This document shows, one piece after another, positions 1-13,274 of a stretch of DNA of 64,000 bases. Numbering within the stretch: position 1 is the first letter of the stretch; every line of letters starts with the position of its first letter. The stretch comes from Chiloscyllium plagiosum (taxonomy: Eukaryota), in contig NC_057737.1 of NCBI RefSeq assembly GCF_004010195.1, forward strand, positions 1,455,418-1,519,417, read 5' to 3'. Below the pieces are notes generated by a model that was not told the origin of the DNA, did not search any database, and saw nothing but the letters and a program-made list of their open reading frames with translations. A program made the translations under genes and the position numbers.

Positions 1-1104
1 CTTGACTGCAATCTTGGAAGGGGATTCTGACCAATGCTCAGCAAAAGGAGGGGTGTTCTACAACCCCCACCTGTCAGACCCCAGTGTGATCCACACAGCC
101 CGTTCAGCTGACTGCTTCCACCCACAATTGGTTGCTTTTAGGTGATGCCCCCATACATAGGTTTGCTCTGGAATGATAGATTAATAGACGCTGTGCCATG
201 GTCCCCATTATATGGCTGCCCAACAATCCCTTCTGTTCACACCACCTGTCACAGGCATGTGTTGGAAGGATTCAGAAGCTGTTCCTGTTTGGTTTCTTTG
301 TGACGGCACTTTCCTTGGCAACAAGCTTTGGAATGGAACATGAGCCCGGAGCTGGCTCAGAAACCTCTAGCATGTTACCCTTTTCAGCAGAAGCCCTTAA
401 AATGTAGCTCCATTTAATCATGAGGTGTGTACCTCTGATCAGCAGCAGCATGGGGTTCAGCAGACATTGTGCTGGTTGATGGATTAGCCTTGCCTATTCC
501 TAGTTTGACCACTGGTGACTCAGTGCAGCTCAGAAGGTCCATGTCCCCTCGGGTGGGCTGTGTAAGGGACGTTTGCTCATGTCAGTGAGTTATGGAGGGG
601 CTGGATGGTGAATGGCCTGCCTGACTCACTGTCCATTCCTCCATGTTCTGGTAAGCTGTGCTCCTTTAATGCTTTCTGTTGTTGAATAGTCTGTTCATCT
701 CCATCACTCTGAATGAGTGGCATGTGGAAATGAGGCTTCCATGTGACCCAGGACCTTGCAAGGTTGGAGTGGGGATATACAACACAGGCACATTTACAGG
801 TGGCCACTAAGACCAGAGTATATGAGGTGCGATTTGATACAATTACATTTACCAAGAGCTCTCCAAATCCTCTAGGATCCATCTTTCACTTCACATGGTT
901 TCTCTTTCCCATTTTAAAAGGGATTGATTCTGAGAGAGATCAGTCTGGTGATTTGCCAGAGTAGTAGCCTCAAATAGTAAATTATAACTATCCATTTTAC
1001 TGAGACCTGCTGGATGTATTTGACAGATCAGCTCAACGTTAACTGTTTCTGTCCACAGATGGAGTTAGACCTGCCGAATTTCCCTGGCAATTTCTGGTTT
1101 TGCT

Positions 1105-1710
1105 TTATCTCTGCAGGAGCTCCTCAGGCTAATGTCCTGGGCTCAACCATCAATGACCTTCCCTCCATCATAACCATTCCTCCTTTAACACACAGTGGCT
1201 GAATCCCCAATATCACTACCCTGATTGACCAAAAACTGAATTGATCTAGGCACATAAACTGATCTAGCTACAAGAGCAGGTCAGAGGCTGGGAATCCTGC
1301 AGCAAGTAACTCCCCTCCTGACTCCCCAAAGCCTGTCCACTATCTACAAGGCACAGGTCAAAAGTGTGGTGGAATACTCCCCATTTTCCCTGGATGGGGG
1401 TAGCTCCAACAACACTCAGGAAGCTTGACACCATCCAGGACAAAGCAGCCCACTTGATTGGCACCACATCCACAGACACCCACTCCCTCCATCACTGACA
1501 CTCAGTAGCAGCAGTGTGTACTATCCACAAGATGCACTGCAGAAATTCACCAAAGATCCTCAGACAGCACCTTCCAAACCCATGATCACTTCCATCTGGA
1601 AGGAAAAGGGCAGCAGGTAAATGGGAACACCACCCCTGCAAGTTCCCCTCCGAGCCCCTCACCATCCTGACTTGGAAATGTATCACCATTCCTTCACTGT
1701 CACTGAGTCA
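1105..1710 (+). mobile_element. Degenerate L2/CR1-clade LINE 3' fragment
   Basis: Eroded RT motif (ISAGAPQANVLGSTINDLPS, from the GVPQGSVLGP..INDLP consensus); same family present on - at ~9737-11040. Boundaries approximate. Confidence 0.65.
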
Positions 1711-3593
1711 ACAGCGTTTTTCCTCACTCCTTACAGCTCATTGCTAAAGTCCTCATTCAGACCTCCTTCATGTGTGGACCTGACTATTCCAACTCACTCT
1801 GGTCAGAATAAGGGATCAGCAAGAATTTCTTCTCTGAGGGGAGTGAATCTGGAATTCTTTACCGTAGAGGGCACGGTCATTAAGGATATTCAAATCTGAC
1901 ATAGAGATTTTTAATCCAGAAGGGAATCGCGATTCATAGGGAAAAGGCAGGAGTTGAGGATGATCAGATCAAGCCATGATTTCATTGATTGCAGACTGGA
2001 TGGGCTGAGTGGCCTACTTCTCCTATAGTTTACTATGCTGTTTGTGGTAATATGCTGTGCACTAACTGGTTGCTACGTTAAAACAGTTTCAGTTGGGTGT
2101 AAAGGGTTTTGGTGTGACCCAAGGTCATGAAAAGAATTTTAAAAAACAGGAACAAACTCTGTTCCCCTGCCAGAGGCACAGTCATTACCCCCGAAACCTG
2201 GATGAACAGTGACACCTGGTGATGGCAATGTGTACATGTGGGTAGCATGGTGGATCAGTGGTTAGCACTGCTGCCTCTCAGCACCAGGGACCCGGGTTCG
2301 ATTCCAGCCTCCGGCCACAGTTGTGGAGTTTGGTAAAAATCACACAACACCAGGTTATAGTCCAACAGGTTTATCTGGAAGCGCTAGCTCTCAGAGCGCT
2401 GCTCCTTCATCAGGTAGTTGTGGAGAAGGACCATATGAAACTGAATTTATAGCAAAAGATTAGTGTCAGGCAACTGAAATGATTTGTTGAATGTTCTCCG
2501 TACTGTGGGAAATTGCCCATTGTATCCAGGGAGCACGAGCCATGGGAAATGCAGGGTTAACTGGGACGGGGCGGGACGTTCCAAAGAGCAATGCTCCCTG
2601 GGAGAGTAGCCCCAGAACCTGTCATAGTCTCATACAGAATGGAAACAGGCTGTTTTTACATCCATATCAAAACCAGAAGACCTGCAGATGCTGTCAGTCA
2701 GAAACAAAACCAGAAGTTACTCAGAACAGGAGGGTCACTGGACCCGAAACGATAACTCTGATTTGTCTTCACTGATGTTGCCAGGTCTGCCCAGCGTTTC
2801 CAGCAATTTGTTTTAGTTTCTTCACCCATCCATACTGACCACATTTAAACTGAACTCTCATATAATCAACAAACATGTTTCATTTGACTAAGATTTGATA
2901 TGATTGTGAAGTATTTATTATTTTTGTTTTTCAAAATCCCAGTATATGATGTCCAGCTTTTCTGGCTCAGACGATAACGTCTGCTCTTTCATTAGAGATG
3001 GTGTGGGGGGATTGGGGGGAGCTAGCCGGTGGTGAGTTTAACCTGAGGCTCCCCATGCCTCCAGTGAGGGTGAGAGGGAGGGTCCTTTATGGCCCAAACC
3101 AACAACAACAACAGAAATTGCTGGAGAAACTCTGCTCCTCTGGCATCATCTGTGTAGAGAGAAACAGAGACTTTGAGTCTAGACCTGATAGTAACTAGCA
3201 CTAGGAAAAGGTGCTAATTATGTTGATGATAGGGAAGGGGAGAGGGTATGTGGGGTAAGTGGATAGGTGGAGGCAGAGCCGAGCGAGAGGGAAAAGGTGG
3301 GGGCTGCAGGTAAAGGGATTGTTGATGCTAAATCCAGGAAGAAGATAGGTGACAGTGGGGACAATGAACAGGTGACAGTGAGTTGGCAGCTCGTGACACG
3401 TTTTACCTGGTCACCGCTCTAAAGAAGGTCAGCTCTTTGAGCATTTCTCTCGCCAGCAGCAATTACACCTCCAAACTCTTTCATTGGCTGAAGAGGAAAG
3501 ATGCTATCAAAACAAATCTGCTTTTCATGAAATGAATTGGAGACTTCCTGACCTGAGACATTGAAACAATATCTCCATTCTTCTCTCTAAAAG

Positions 3594-3764
3594 ACTGTCA
3601 AAGGATCTTCTGAAGGATCTGACAAAGCCTCAGAATCTAAACAGCTCAGCAGGAAATCAGACCTTCCTGTAGGAAGCTCCCCTCGCAGTGGGAAGGATTT
3701 GGAGCAGGGACTGACAGAATTAGCGGAGAAATTATTTGGTGATGTGATCCTGGGCAGTGTGTGA
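3594..3764 (+). CDS. Possible terminal coding exon of an unidentified upstream gene
   Basis: Pyrimidine tract + AG at 3592-3593; 56-codon open frame (TVKGSSEG...LEQGLTELAEKLFGDVILGSV*) in non-repetitive DNA; AATAAA at ~3973 and ~4016. No homology recognised and the phase is ambiguous. Confidence 0.25.
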   Translation, partial: TVKGSSEGSDKASESKQLSRKSDLPVGSSPRSGKDLEQGLTELAEKLFGDVILGSV

Positions 3765-6675
3765 GAACATATCTTCAGGCTATGTAACTCCCAATCATTA
3801 TCAACCACGGGATCTGCCCAGACTTTATAAGGAATGTTTTGGCAATGAGACTGAAAAGTTTCTCCATAATTACAGTTTTAAGTCTTGCACTGTCCCACTG
3901 ATTGTTAGCTGAGCTACCAACTAAGGTCAATCTGGGATCTGCAGATAATGTGGGTTATAGATGCATCATTTTAATAAACCTAATTAACATTAAGCTACGA
4001 GACAGGGATTAGAGAAATAAAGCTGCTTTCTGTCATTAAGAAAAGCCTTGTATCTGTTTATCACTGACCCAGCTGTCCACTGTAGACAGGAGTTTGTTTC
4101 AAAGAGGATTCTCATGATATTGGCTGACAAACTAACTCTCCTTGTATTCGCATTCCGTGGTCTTCGGGTCCCCTACACAGTTTGAGAGAAATCTCTGCCA
4201 TTGCCCTGTCCCTGAGGCTGCTCAGTTAGTTACTGGCTGTTACTGGCTCTTTGAGATACAGCCCTGACTCTGTGTCATGTTTGAGACTCACACTCAGATT
4301 ATTACTCCATGGCTGAGGATTTTTGTCATGTATTCCTGGCAGCTGGGTGTCACTGATATTTATTGTCCAGTTCCCTTGATGATGGTTGTCATGAGCGGGA
4401 TCAGAAATCCCAGGCCCTAGTACTGCCCCTAGTCTGAATGATGCCCCATCCCCCTGCCTGCCATCCCGACCTCAAGCCCATGGTGCCTCAGTGTATCCCC
4501 TGAACTATCCCTGGGTGTCAGCCACCTTTACTGAGTCACAGAGCTCTATGGTTCATGTAATGGCCCATTGAGTCTGCTCCACTCCAAACCAACCCCCTGA
4601 CTATTCTAATCCCATTTCCCAGTACGTGGCCCATTGCTTCGGCATTACAAGTGCACAATGAAATCTTCTCAGCCACTTTAGGCGATGATATACACTGCAT
4701 GCTGTTAGGGAGAGAATTCCAGGCTTCTGACCCAGTGACAGTGAGGGAACAGCGATATATTTCCAAGTCAGCAAACGCAGGGGCTTGGAGAGGAACTTGC
4801 AGGAGGTGGGCTGTAGGTATTCCCATGTAGCTGCTGCCCAACACTTCCCTATCTTTTACCCCAATTCCCAAAACCCGGTGGGGATAAAGGCTGGCGTTCC
4901 ATTCACCTTCCTCATTACTTGCTGCACCTGCATGTTCACCTTCAGTAACTTGCAGACAAGGACACTCTCATCCCTTTGTTCATCTACACTTTGCAATCTC
5001 TTACATAAAAGCCAGAAGCAGGAGGAGGCCATTCTGCCCCTCAAGCCTGTTCTATCATGGCCGCAATTCCACTTTCCCACCCACTCTCCATGACCTTACA
5101 ACCTGTTACTCATTAAAGATTTGTCTGTCTCCTCCCCACATTTATTCAGTGTTCACCACTCTCTCTGCGATAGTCAATTCCACTGATTCAAAACCTTAGA
5201 AGAGAGGTAATTCCTCTCATGTCTGACTCTGCTTTCTCCCAAAACTATCCCCTCTCCTTCTAAACTCAATCCCCTTCAGCATGTTACATACCTCATTTAC
5301 AGAACAGACAAGTGCTAGGAAGAGAGGGGGAAGTAGCAATTTAAGAAAACTTCTGCCCGGCCGTGACTCATCCAAAAGTGGAGAATCTTATATTTTTGGA
5401 CATTATATTTGATCAGTCACATTCTTACCCATTCACTAAGCCTATTCAAAACCCCCCACCCGAAGCAGTTTTATATCTTCCTCACCACACACATTTCCTT
5501 TGTATCATCTGCAAATTTGGAACTATCTCATTTGGACCCCATTTCCAAATCATTAAACTATATTATAAACAGCTTCGGGCAAATACCGATCCTTGTGATA
5601 CCCATGGGTCACAGCCACACAAGGTAAGAATGACCAATTTATTCCTACCCTCTGTTTTCAATATTGGTCAATAATTAATCCATGCTTCCTATCTCATCTG
5701 CTTTAATTTTGGAGGGAATTTATGAAAAACCTTCTAAAATTTTAAGTGTTATTATGTCCATCTTGTCCTTCGTCAATTTTGTTCAACACCTTCAAAAAGC
5801 TCGAAGTCAGTCAAACACAATTTTCCCTTTGCAAATCCACGCTGATTGTGCCCAATCAGATCATTATTATCCAAGTTCCTGATAATCACATCCATAATAA
5901 CAGATTCTAACAGAACATTTTCCTACCACTGATGCAAGGCTAACAGGACTGTGGCTCCCTGTTTTCTGCCATTCCCTTCTTAAATAATGGGGTGACATTG
6001 GTTATTTTCTAACCTACAGGAATTATTCCATAATCTATATAGTTTGTAAGATAATCACCAATGCATCAATCATTTCCATGGGCACCATCTTCAAATTCTG
6101 GGATGTGGAATATCAAGTCCTGCCCGTAAATAAACTTCAGCCCCATTAATCCCTCTGGTACAGCCTGCTTGCTAATACTGATTTGTGTTTTTGTTGGATT
6201 CTCCAGAGTGTGGAAACAGGTCATTTGGCCCAACCAGTCCACACTGACCCTCCAAAGAGTAACCCACCCAGACCCATTCCCCTCTGACTAATGAACCTGA
6301 CACTATGGGACACTATTGGACTGTGGTGTTCTATTCCTCATTCTCCCTCACCTTTTGTATCTCTATTTTTGGGAGATTTCATGCATCTTCCTCAGTGAAA
6401 ACAGACACAAAACAATCATTTAGCTTCTCGCTATTGCTAATTATAAATTCCTCTGATTCTGCCCACCAGCAATGTACATTAATTTTAGTCAAATGTTTCT
6501 TTTCCATGTACCTATAGAAGCTTTTATTATCCATTTTTGGTGGGTTTTGTTTGTTCTAGATTGCATTCATATTGTATTCTCCCTTTGCTTATCAGTTTCT
6601 TAGTCCTTTTTTGCTGTGTTCAAAAAACCTCCCAACCCTCAGATTTATTACTCTATAGACCTCTTGTATTCTTAT

Positions 6676-7001
6676 TAGATTAGATTAGATTAGATTACAT
6701 TACATTACAGTGTGGAAACAGGCCCTTCGGCCCAACAAGTCCACACCGACCCGCCGAAGCATAACCCCCCCATTCCCCTACATTTACCCCTTACCTAACA
6801 CTACGGACAATTTAACATGGCCAATTCACCTGACCTACACATCTTTGGACTGTGGGAGGAAACCGGAGCACCCGGAGGAAACCCACGCAGACACGGGGAG
6901 AACGTGCAAACTCCACACAGTCAGTCGCCTGAGGTGGGAATTGAACCCGGGTCTCTGGCCCTGTGAGGCAGCAGTGCTAACCACTGTGCCACCATGCCGC
7001 C
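6676..7001 (-). mobile_element. HE1-like tRNA-derived V-SINE
   Basis: Reverse complement has a tRNA-like head with A/B boxes, the V-SINE central domain and a (TAATC)n tail. Confidence 0.85.
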
Positions 7002-7909
7002 CTCTTATGATGTGGAGGTGCCAGTGTCGGACTGGGGTGGGTAGTCAGAAATCACCCGTCACCAGGTTATAGTCCAGCAGGTTGATTTGAAACGTAGTGC
7101 TCCTAAAGCTTGTGATTTCAAATTAACCTGTTGGACTATGACCTGGTGTCAGATGACTTCTGACTTTATTCTTATGCAATTCTGAACTTTCTTTGTGAAC
7201 AGTAGTTGACTGACCTTTTTGAACTTTGAAGAAATGTATCATCGCTGTAACTCGTGATCATTCTTTAAGGACTGTTCATTGCCCATATACGGTCAAGTCT
7301 TTAAATGTATTTTCCCAATCTACTTCAGCCTGTGCCTTATTTCTTCATAATTTCCCTTATTCAAATTTAACACACCCACAGAAATGTAACTCTTGTTTAA
7401 CGTGAAGCACTGGGTTAGTGATTTTTTTTCAAGTCGTGGCCTTCATGAGGTTGATAGATGCAGATTCCTGACTGTCACGGAATTCACCTGCTCACAGCCT
7501 CAGAACCAACGCACCGTCGTCGGTATCGCTCAATCACCTTACTGGCACAGCAAGATCCCACTTGTAGCTGAGGAACCCTGAAAAGCTGCTTTGATTCTGA
7601 AATATCTGAGAGTGCATCACCCAGCACTCGGACAGTGGAAGAATTGTGAGATTCACCTTGTTCTAGTGCCTTCTCTGAATGTAAATTATCGCCCAGTGCA
7701 CAGAACAGAAATGAACCCCCACATTCTCCAGTTGAATCTACAGGAGGCAGTATTCACTGGTCAGGGGTATGGTCAGTGCTTTCGATGTTCTGTGCTCAGA
7801 GAGGAATAGATCAGATTAGCCTCTAAGTTCCCATCCCTGATTACAATCCAGTGACTCCTGATATTTGTGTTTATTTCTTCAAAGAATGTGTGGGTCCCAA
7901 TATTTTAGT

Positions 7910-8219
7910 GGGCGGCACGGTGGCACAGTGGTTAGCACTGCTGCCTCACAGCGCCAGAGACCCGGGTTCAATTCCCGCCTCAGGCAACTGTCTGTGTGGA
8001 GTTTGTACGTTCTCCCCGTGTCTGCGTGGGTTTCCTCCGGGTGCTCCGGTTTCCTCCCACAGTCCAAAGATGTGCAGGTCAGGTGAATTGGCCATGGGAA
8101 ATTGCCCGTAGTGTTAGGTAAGGGGTACATGTAGGGGTATGGGTGGGTTGCGCTTCGGCGGGGCGGTGTGGACTTGTTGGGCCTGTTTCCACACTGTAAG
8201 TAATCTAATCTAATCTAAT
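7910..8219 (+). mobile_element. HE1-like tRNA-derived V-SINE (young copy)
   Basis: Head GGCGGCACGGTGGCACAGTGGTTAGCACTG...GGTTCAATTCCC; V-domain GTGTGGAGTTTG...GGTTTCCTCCCACAGTCCAAAGATGTG; (TAATC)n tail. Confidence 0.9.
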
Positions 8220-8276
8220 TTATTGCCTGTCCCTAGTTGCCCTTGAGAAGGTGGGGGTGAGCTGCCTTCTTGAACC

Positions 8277-9736
8277 ACGTTAAAAATCACACAACACCAG
8301 GTTATAGTCTAACAGGTTTATTTGGAAGCACTAGCTTTTGGAGCGCTGCTCCTTCATCAGGTAACTGTGAAGCAGGATCAAAGACACAGAATTTATAGCA
8401 AAAGATTACAGTGTCATGCAGGTAAAATATATTGAACAAACCTAGATTAAATCTTTCATCTTTTAGAATGGGTTTGCTGGTTTCAGTTCTTTAATATGTA
8501 AATCCCAGAACTTTTTAAGTCACATTCTAGAGATGTTAAGGTTTTATTTTTAAAAAAGGTGCCATCTCAGCTCAGACAATGCATTAAAGGTGTGAGGTGT
8601 GTCTGTATCCCAATCTTGAGTCAGACTGGTTCTATTTCCAAAGTAGGAATTTATAAAATATTACATGGATTGACTGCCTGCAGATTGTGTGCTTTTAAAC
8701 AAAATAGAATGATTCTGCAAATATAATATAGATAGATAAATATAAATAGACTTACCTGTGTGAGCATGTGCTGGAGAAAGACAGACAGAATGAGTGTGTG
8801 CATGAGTGCGCATGAGAATGTGCATGTTTGGTGTGTACAAGCTTGGTAAAGTATGTGTTTGTGTGTGTGAGAGAGAGATGGGGCATAAGCCTGTGAGAGG
8901 GTGAGAGTGTGGGGGGTGTATGTGTGTGAACCCAACCCATCAACTAGCCTCAACTAGGACCTTGGGTTCATGTCACACTACAACTGACCCCACTGCAACA
9001 CACACACATACACACAAGCGCTCTCTCATATACACACACACACACACAAACCCTCCTCACACTCTCACCCACGTACACACCCTCTCACAGGCTTATGCCC
9101 CATCACACACACACACATACTTTACCAAGCTTGTACACACGCAAACACGCATTCTCTCATGTGCTCTCACACGCACACGCTCATTCTGTCTTTCTCCTGC
9201 ACATGCGCACACAGGTAAGTCTAAGGGGTCATTTAACATTTGCACAATTATATTTGCAGAATCATTCTATTTTGCTCAAAAAGCACACAATCTGCAGGCA
9301 GTCAATCCATGTAATATTTTATAAATTCCTACTTTGGAAATAGAACCAGTCTGACTCAAGATTGCGATACAGACAGACTCTAACATCAAACCTTTAATGC
9401 ATTGTCTAAGCTGAGATGGCATTGTTTTTTTTAAATAAAACCTTAACTTATCTCGATAATGTGACTATAAAGTTCAAGGATTTACACATCAATGAACCAA
9501 AACCTGTAACCCATTCCAAAAGATGAAAAACTTAATCTAGTTTGTTCAATATATCATTTCAGTTGCATCACACTAATCTTTTGCTATAAATTCTGTCGTA
9601 TGATCCTGTTCCACAGTTACCTGATGAAGGAGCAGTGCTCCGAAAGCTAGTGCTTCCAAATAAACCTGTTAGATTATAACCTGGTGTTGTGTGACTTCTG
9701 ACTTTGTACACTCCAGTCCAATACCAGTTTCTCCAA
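8277..9736. mobile_element. Non-autonomous Penelope-like element with ~650-bp inverted arms
   Basis: 8281-8928 is the reverse complement of ~9040-9700; flanked by a 10-bp duplication TTCTTGAACC (8267-8276 / 9737-9746); CTGATGA...GAAA core at 9621-9645. Confidence 0.75.
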
Positions 9737-11040
9737 TTCTTGAACCGCTGCAGTCCCTGTGCTGTGAGTTGACCCACAATGCCCTTAGGGAGGGAATCCC
9801 AGGATTTTGGCCCAACGACAGTGAAGGAACGGTGATACATTTCCAAGTCAGGATTGTGAGTGGCTCGGGGGGGGAGCTCCCAGGGGGCGGTGTACCCATG
9901 TATCTGCTGCCCTTGTCCTTCTAGCTGGAACTGGTTGTGGATTTGGAAGGTGCTGTCTGAGGGTCTTTGTTGAATTAACACAGGGCATCTGGTAGATGGT
10001 ACACACTGCTGCTACTGAGCGTCAGTGGAGGAGGGAGTGGGTGTTTGTGGATGTGGTGCCAGTCAAGCAGCTGCTTTGTCCTGGATGGTGTCAAGCTCCT
10101 GAGTGTTGTTGGAGCTGCCCCCATCCAGGGCAAGTGGGGAGTATTCCACCACACTCCTGACTTGTGCCTTGTAGATGGTGGACAGGCTTTGGGGAATCAA
10201 GAGGGGAGTTACTCACTGCAGCATTCCTAGTCTCTGACCTGCCCCTGTAGCCAATGTGTTTATGTTTGTTTTTCCTTTTCATTTACTGGATGAGGGTGTC
10301 ACTGGCCAGGCCAGTATTTATTGCCCATCCCTAATTATCGAGAGGGCAGTTAATAGTCAACCACATTGCTGTGAGTCTGGAGTCATTCATCGACCAGACC
10401 AGGTAGGGATGGGCAGTTTCCTTCCCTAAAGGACATTAGTGAACCAGATTGCTGGGATTTTCCAGCAATTGATAATGGATTCATGTTCATCATTAGGCTC
10501 TTAATCCCGATTTCAAATTCCACCATTTGCCGTGGCGGGATTCAAACCTGGGTCCCCAAAACATTACTTCAGTCTCTGGGTTATTATCCAGCGATAATAC
10601 TGCTAGGCAATCACCTCCCCAACATGGGGGTCCAGTTGAGTTTCTGGTCAATAGTAACCCCCAGGATGTTGATAGTGGGGGATTCAGTGACGGTAACACC
10701 ATTGACTGTAAAGGGCGGTGGTTAGAGTGTCTCTTATTGGTGATGGTCATAGCCTGGCATTTGTGTGGTGTGAATATTACTTGCCGTTGTCAGCCCAAGC
10801 CTGGATATTGTCCAGATTTTGAACATGGGCTGCTTCAGTATCTGAGGAGTGGTGAATGGTGCTGAACATTGTGTAACCATCGGTGAACATCCCCACTTCT
10901 GACCTTATGATGGAGGGAAGGTCATTGATGAAGCAGCTGAAGGTGGTTGGGTCTAAGACACTGCCCTGAGGGACTCCTGCAGAGATGTCCTGGAGCTGAG
11001 ATGACTGATCTCCAACAATCACAACCATCTTCCTATGTGC
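9737..11040 (-). mobile_element. L2/CR1-clade LINE fragments with nested repeats
   Basis: Minus-strand translation ISAGVPQGSVLDPTTFSCFINDLPS...MFTD (RT motifs). Confidence 0.75.
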
Positions 11041-11224
11041 TGTTGGAGAGTGAAGGTGAGATTGTATCTGTGTCCGTGTGTGTGCGTGTGTCTGTGTGTG
11101 TGAGACATTTCTACTCCCCAGACTCACCCCCACCCCTGCCCCTTTGCCTCCAGCAGAGAAAGTGAAGGGATAGTCAGGAATCGGAGTGGACTCTGGGTAA
11201 CGAAGGGGAATTAGAAACAGCCCC

Positions 11225-11360
11225 TGTGAATCCTGATTAATGGAAACAAATCCTCGTGCAGCAGCTGGTTACTTAGATCGAGGTTAAGAAAGATGATGAT
11301 GTGCTGGGGAGGGAGATTGTGTCGATGATGTAGCTAAGCTGTTTCAGCTTTAAAACCAGC
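11225..11360 (+). promoter_or_regulatory. Putative pinopsin proximal promoter
   Basis: Unique DNA just upstream of the ATG with an Otx/Crx-type GATTA site (CTGATTAAT ~11233), TAAGCT and a TATA-like TTTAAAA (~11349). Short motifs only. Confidence 0.3.
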
Positions 11361-11464
11361 TTTAGGAAAGCATGTTGACCACACACTGCAGGCTGATGGA
11401 CAGAGAGGTTTGGCTCAGTCCAGCCTCTCAGAGAATCAACAGCCTCCCGTTTTCCTAAAGCTGG

Positions 11465-11810
11465 ATGGGTTTCTCAGAGTCCCCCGTTGGGGTGCCCAAT
11501 CTGACCATTGGTCCATTCGATGGCCCTCAGTGGCCACATATTGCCCCGCGGGGCACCTATGTGACGGTGGCCATTCTGATGGGCACTGTGGTCATCCTAG
11601 CCTCCTTCATGAATGGGATGGTCATCCTGGTCTCGGTCAGGTACAAGAGGCTCCGCTCCCCCCTCAACTACATCCTGGTCAACCTGGCCATGGCAGACCT
11701 GATGGTCACCTTCTTTGGCAGCACCATCAGTTTCTCCAACAACATCAATGGATACTTCACTCTGGGGCAAGCTATGTGTCAGTTCGAGGGTTTCATGGTG
11801 TCTCTAACAG
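11465..11810 (+). CDS. OPNP: Pinopsin exon 1 (N-terminus to start of TM3)
   Basis: MGFSES...GPFDGPQWPHIAP...YKRLRSPLNYILVNLAMADL...CQFEGFMVSLTG; C110/E113 equivalents present; GT donor at 11811, phase 1. Confidence 0.93.
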
Positions 11811-11849
11811 GTGGGTCTTCCCTCAATTTCTCCCCAGGATTCTCCTGAT

Positions 11850-12830
11850 ATTTCCGCTCTCTCCCCCACCTTCCCTGCAAACACCCCCCCACCTCCCTTC
11901 CCTCCATCCCCCAACCCATGACCACCTCCTGAAAATTACTTTGCTCTGGATTCTGCTACCCTCAATCTTGGAGAGGGGAGCTTGGTTTTCTGGAGTTGGC
12001 ACGATCAATGGTCTGTACCAAGAGCGTCAGGAACACTGCTCCTTCATTCATGCAACCCCAAACAGCCCGCTTGTACCTCCTTCCCAATCCCACCGACAGG
12101 TCTGCCCAGACAGACACATTGTTTCTGCCTGCTCCTGCCCCACAGAACTAATCTCTTCCTATTTCATTTTGATCTTTTCTCTCCTCATCCTGTCCTCTCC
12201 CACTTACACCTACAATTCCTATGACACTTTATATCAGTTTCAGAATTTCCAGTTTGCAGGCTCCAGCTGCATCCTCTTTAACATGGATGTGCAATTCCTT
12301 TATACACCCCCCCCCCAACCAGGATGGTCTTCGGGCTGTATGCTTCTTTCCAGATATGAGGCCTAAACTGCTCCTATCAAGCACCACCCTCCTTCACCTG
12401 GCGGAGTTCATCCTCACCCTGAACAACTTCTGGCTTCCCTCATTTTCTTCAGGTCAAAGGGATAGCTACGTGTACCCTCATGGGTCCCAGTTATGCTTAT
12501 CTCTTTGTAGAGGTATGTGGAACATTCCTTGTTCCAGTCCGATTCCAGCTCCCACCCAGAAGTCTTTCTCTGGTATATCAATGACATCATCAGTGCTGCC
12601 TCTCTCTCTCATCTGGAATTGGAAAAGTTTATCTGGTTTCTGGTTCACCCTGCTCTCACCCTTATCTCTGATATCTCCCCTCCCTTCATCGACACCTCTG
12701 CTTCCATTTCTGGGGATAGGCTGGCCACCAATATCCATGACAAACTCACTGACCCCCACAGTGACCTGGCCTATACATGCTCACACCCTGCTCCCTGTGA
12801 TTACTCCATTCCGTTCTCCCAGCTTCTCAA
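11850..12830 (+). mobile_element. Decayed Penelope-like RT remnant in pinopsin intron 1
   Basis: Eroded MGPSYACLFV, WYINDI (RYIDD) and KLTDPHSDL (KPTDSHSYL) motifs, with frameshifts. Confidence 0.65.
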
Positions 12831-13016
12831 ATTCATCCCAGCTGCACAAACTGAGCTCACTGCCCACTCACAGGGTGGGGTGAGACTGGCAGCAGCTATG
12901 GGGTTAGACTGCTCCTAGTGGGCACTCCCTCTGGCCAGGCTCTCGGGGTGGCACAGGCGAGGGAGGCAGAGTTGAAAGGGGAGCAGCTCAGTTGTCTTGT
13001 TTGTTGTTTCTGACAG

Positions 13017-13199
13017 GTATTGTGGGGCTGTGGTCGCTGGCTATCTTGGCTTTCGAACGCTACATCATCATTTGCAAACCGATGGGCGATTTCCGCTTCC
13101 AACAGAGGCATGCAGTGTGGGGCTGTCTGTTCACTTGGATCTGGGCTTTGGTGTGGACTATGCCCCCTCTCTTGGGTTGGAGTAGTTATGTACCTGAGG
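13017..13199 (+). CDS. OPNP: Pinopsin exon 2
   Basis: AG|[28 protein letters not shown]...GWSSYVPEG|GT. It is 183 nt, i.e. 14 nt longer than the 169-nt exon 2 of rod/cone opsins; this shifted second intron is characteristic of pinopsin. Confidence 0.95.
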
Positions 13200-13274
13200 G
13201 TAAGACAATGTGCACGCAAATATTCTGAACATACAGCCACCTCAAACACAACTGTCAAAACGTGACATTTATTG

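Noticed and set aside
690-810. Exon-like open frame after TTGAATAG
   Set aside because: No recognisable homology and no convincing donor or phase partner.
7910-7985. tRNA gene-like sequence with A/B boxes (also at other SINE heads)
   Set aside because: These are tRNA-derived SINE heads that continue into a V-domain and tail.
11410-12366. 318-aa ORF overlapping pinopsin exon 1
   Set aside because: Alternative frame running into a decayed Penelope element; the real frame starts at 11465.
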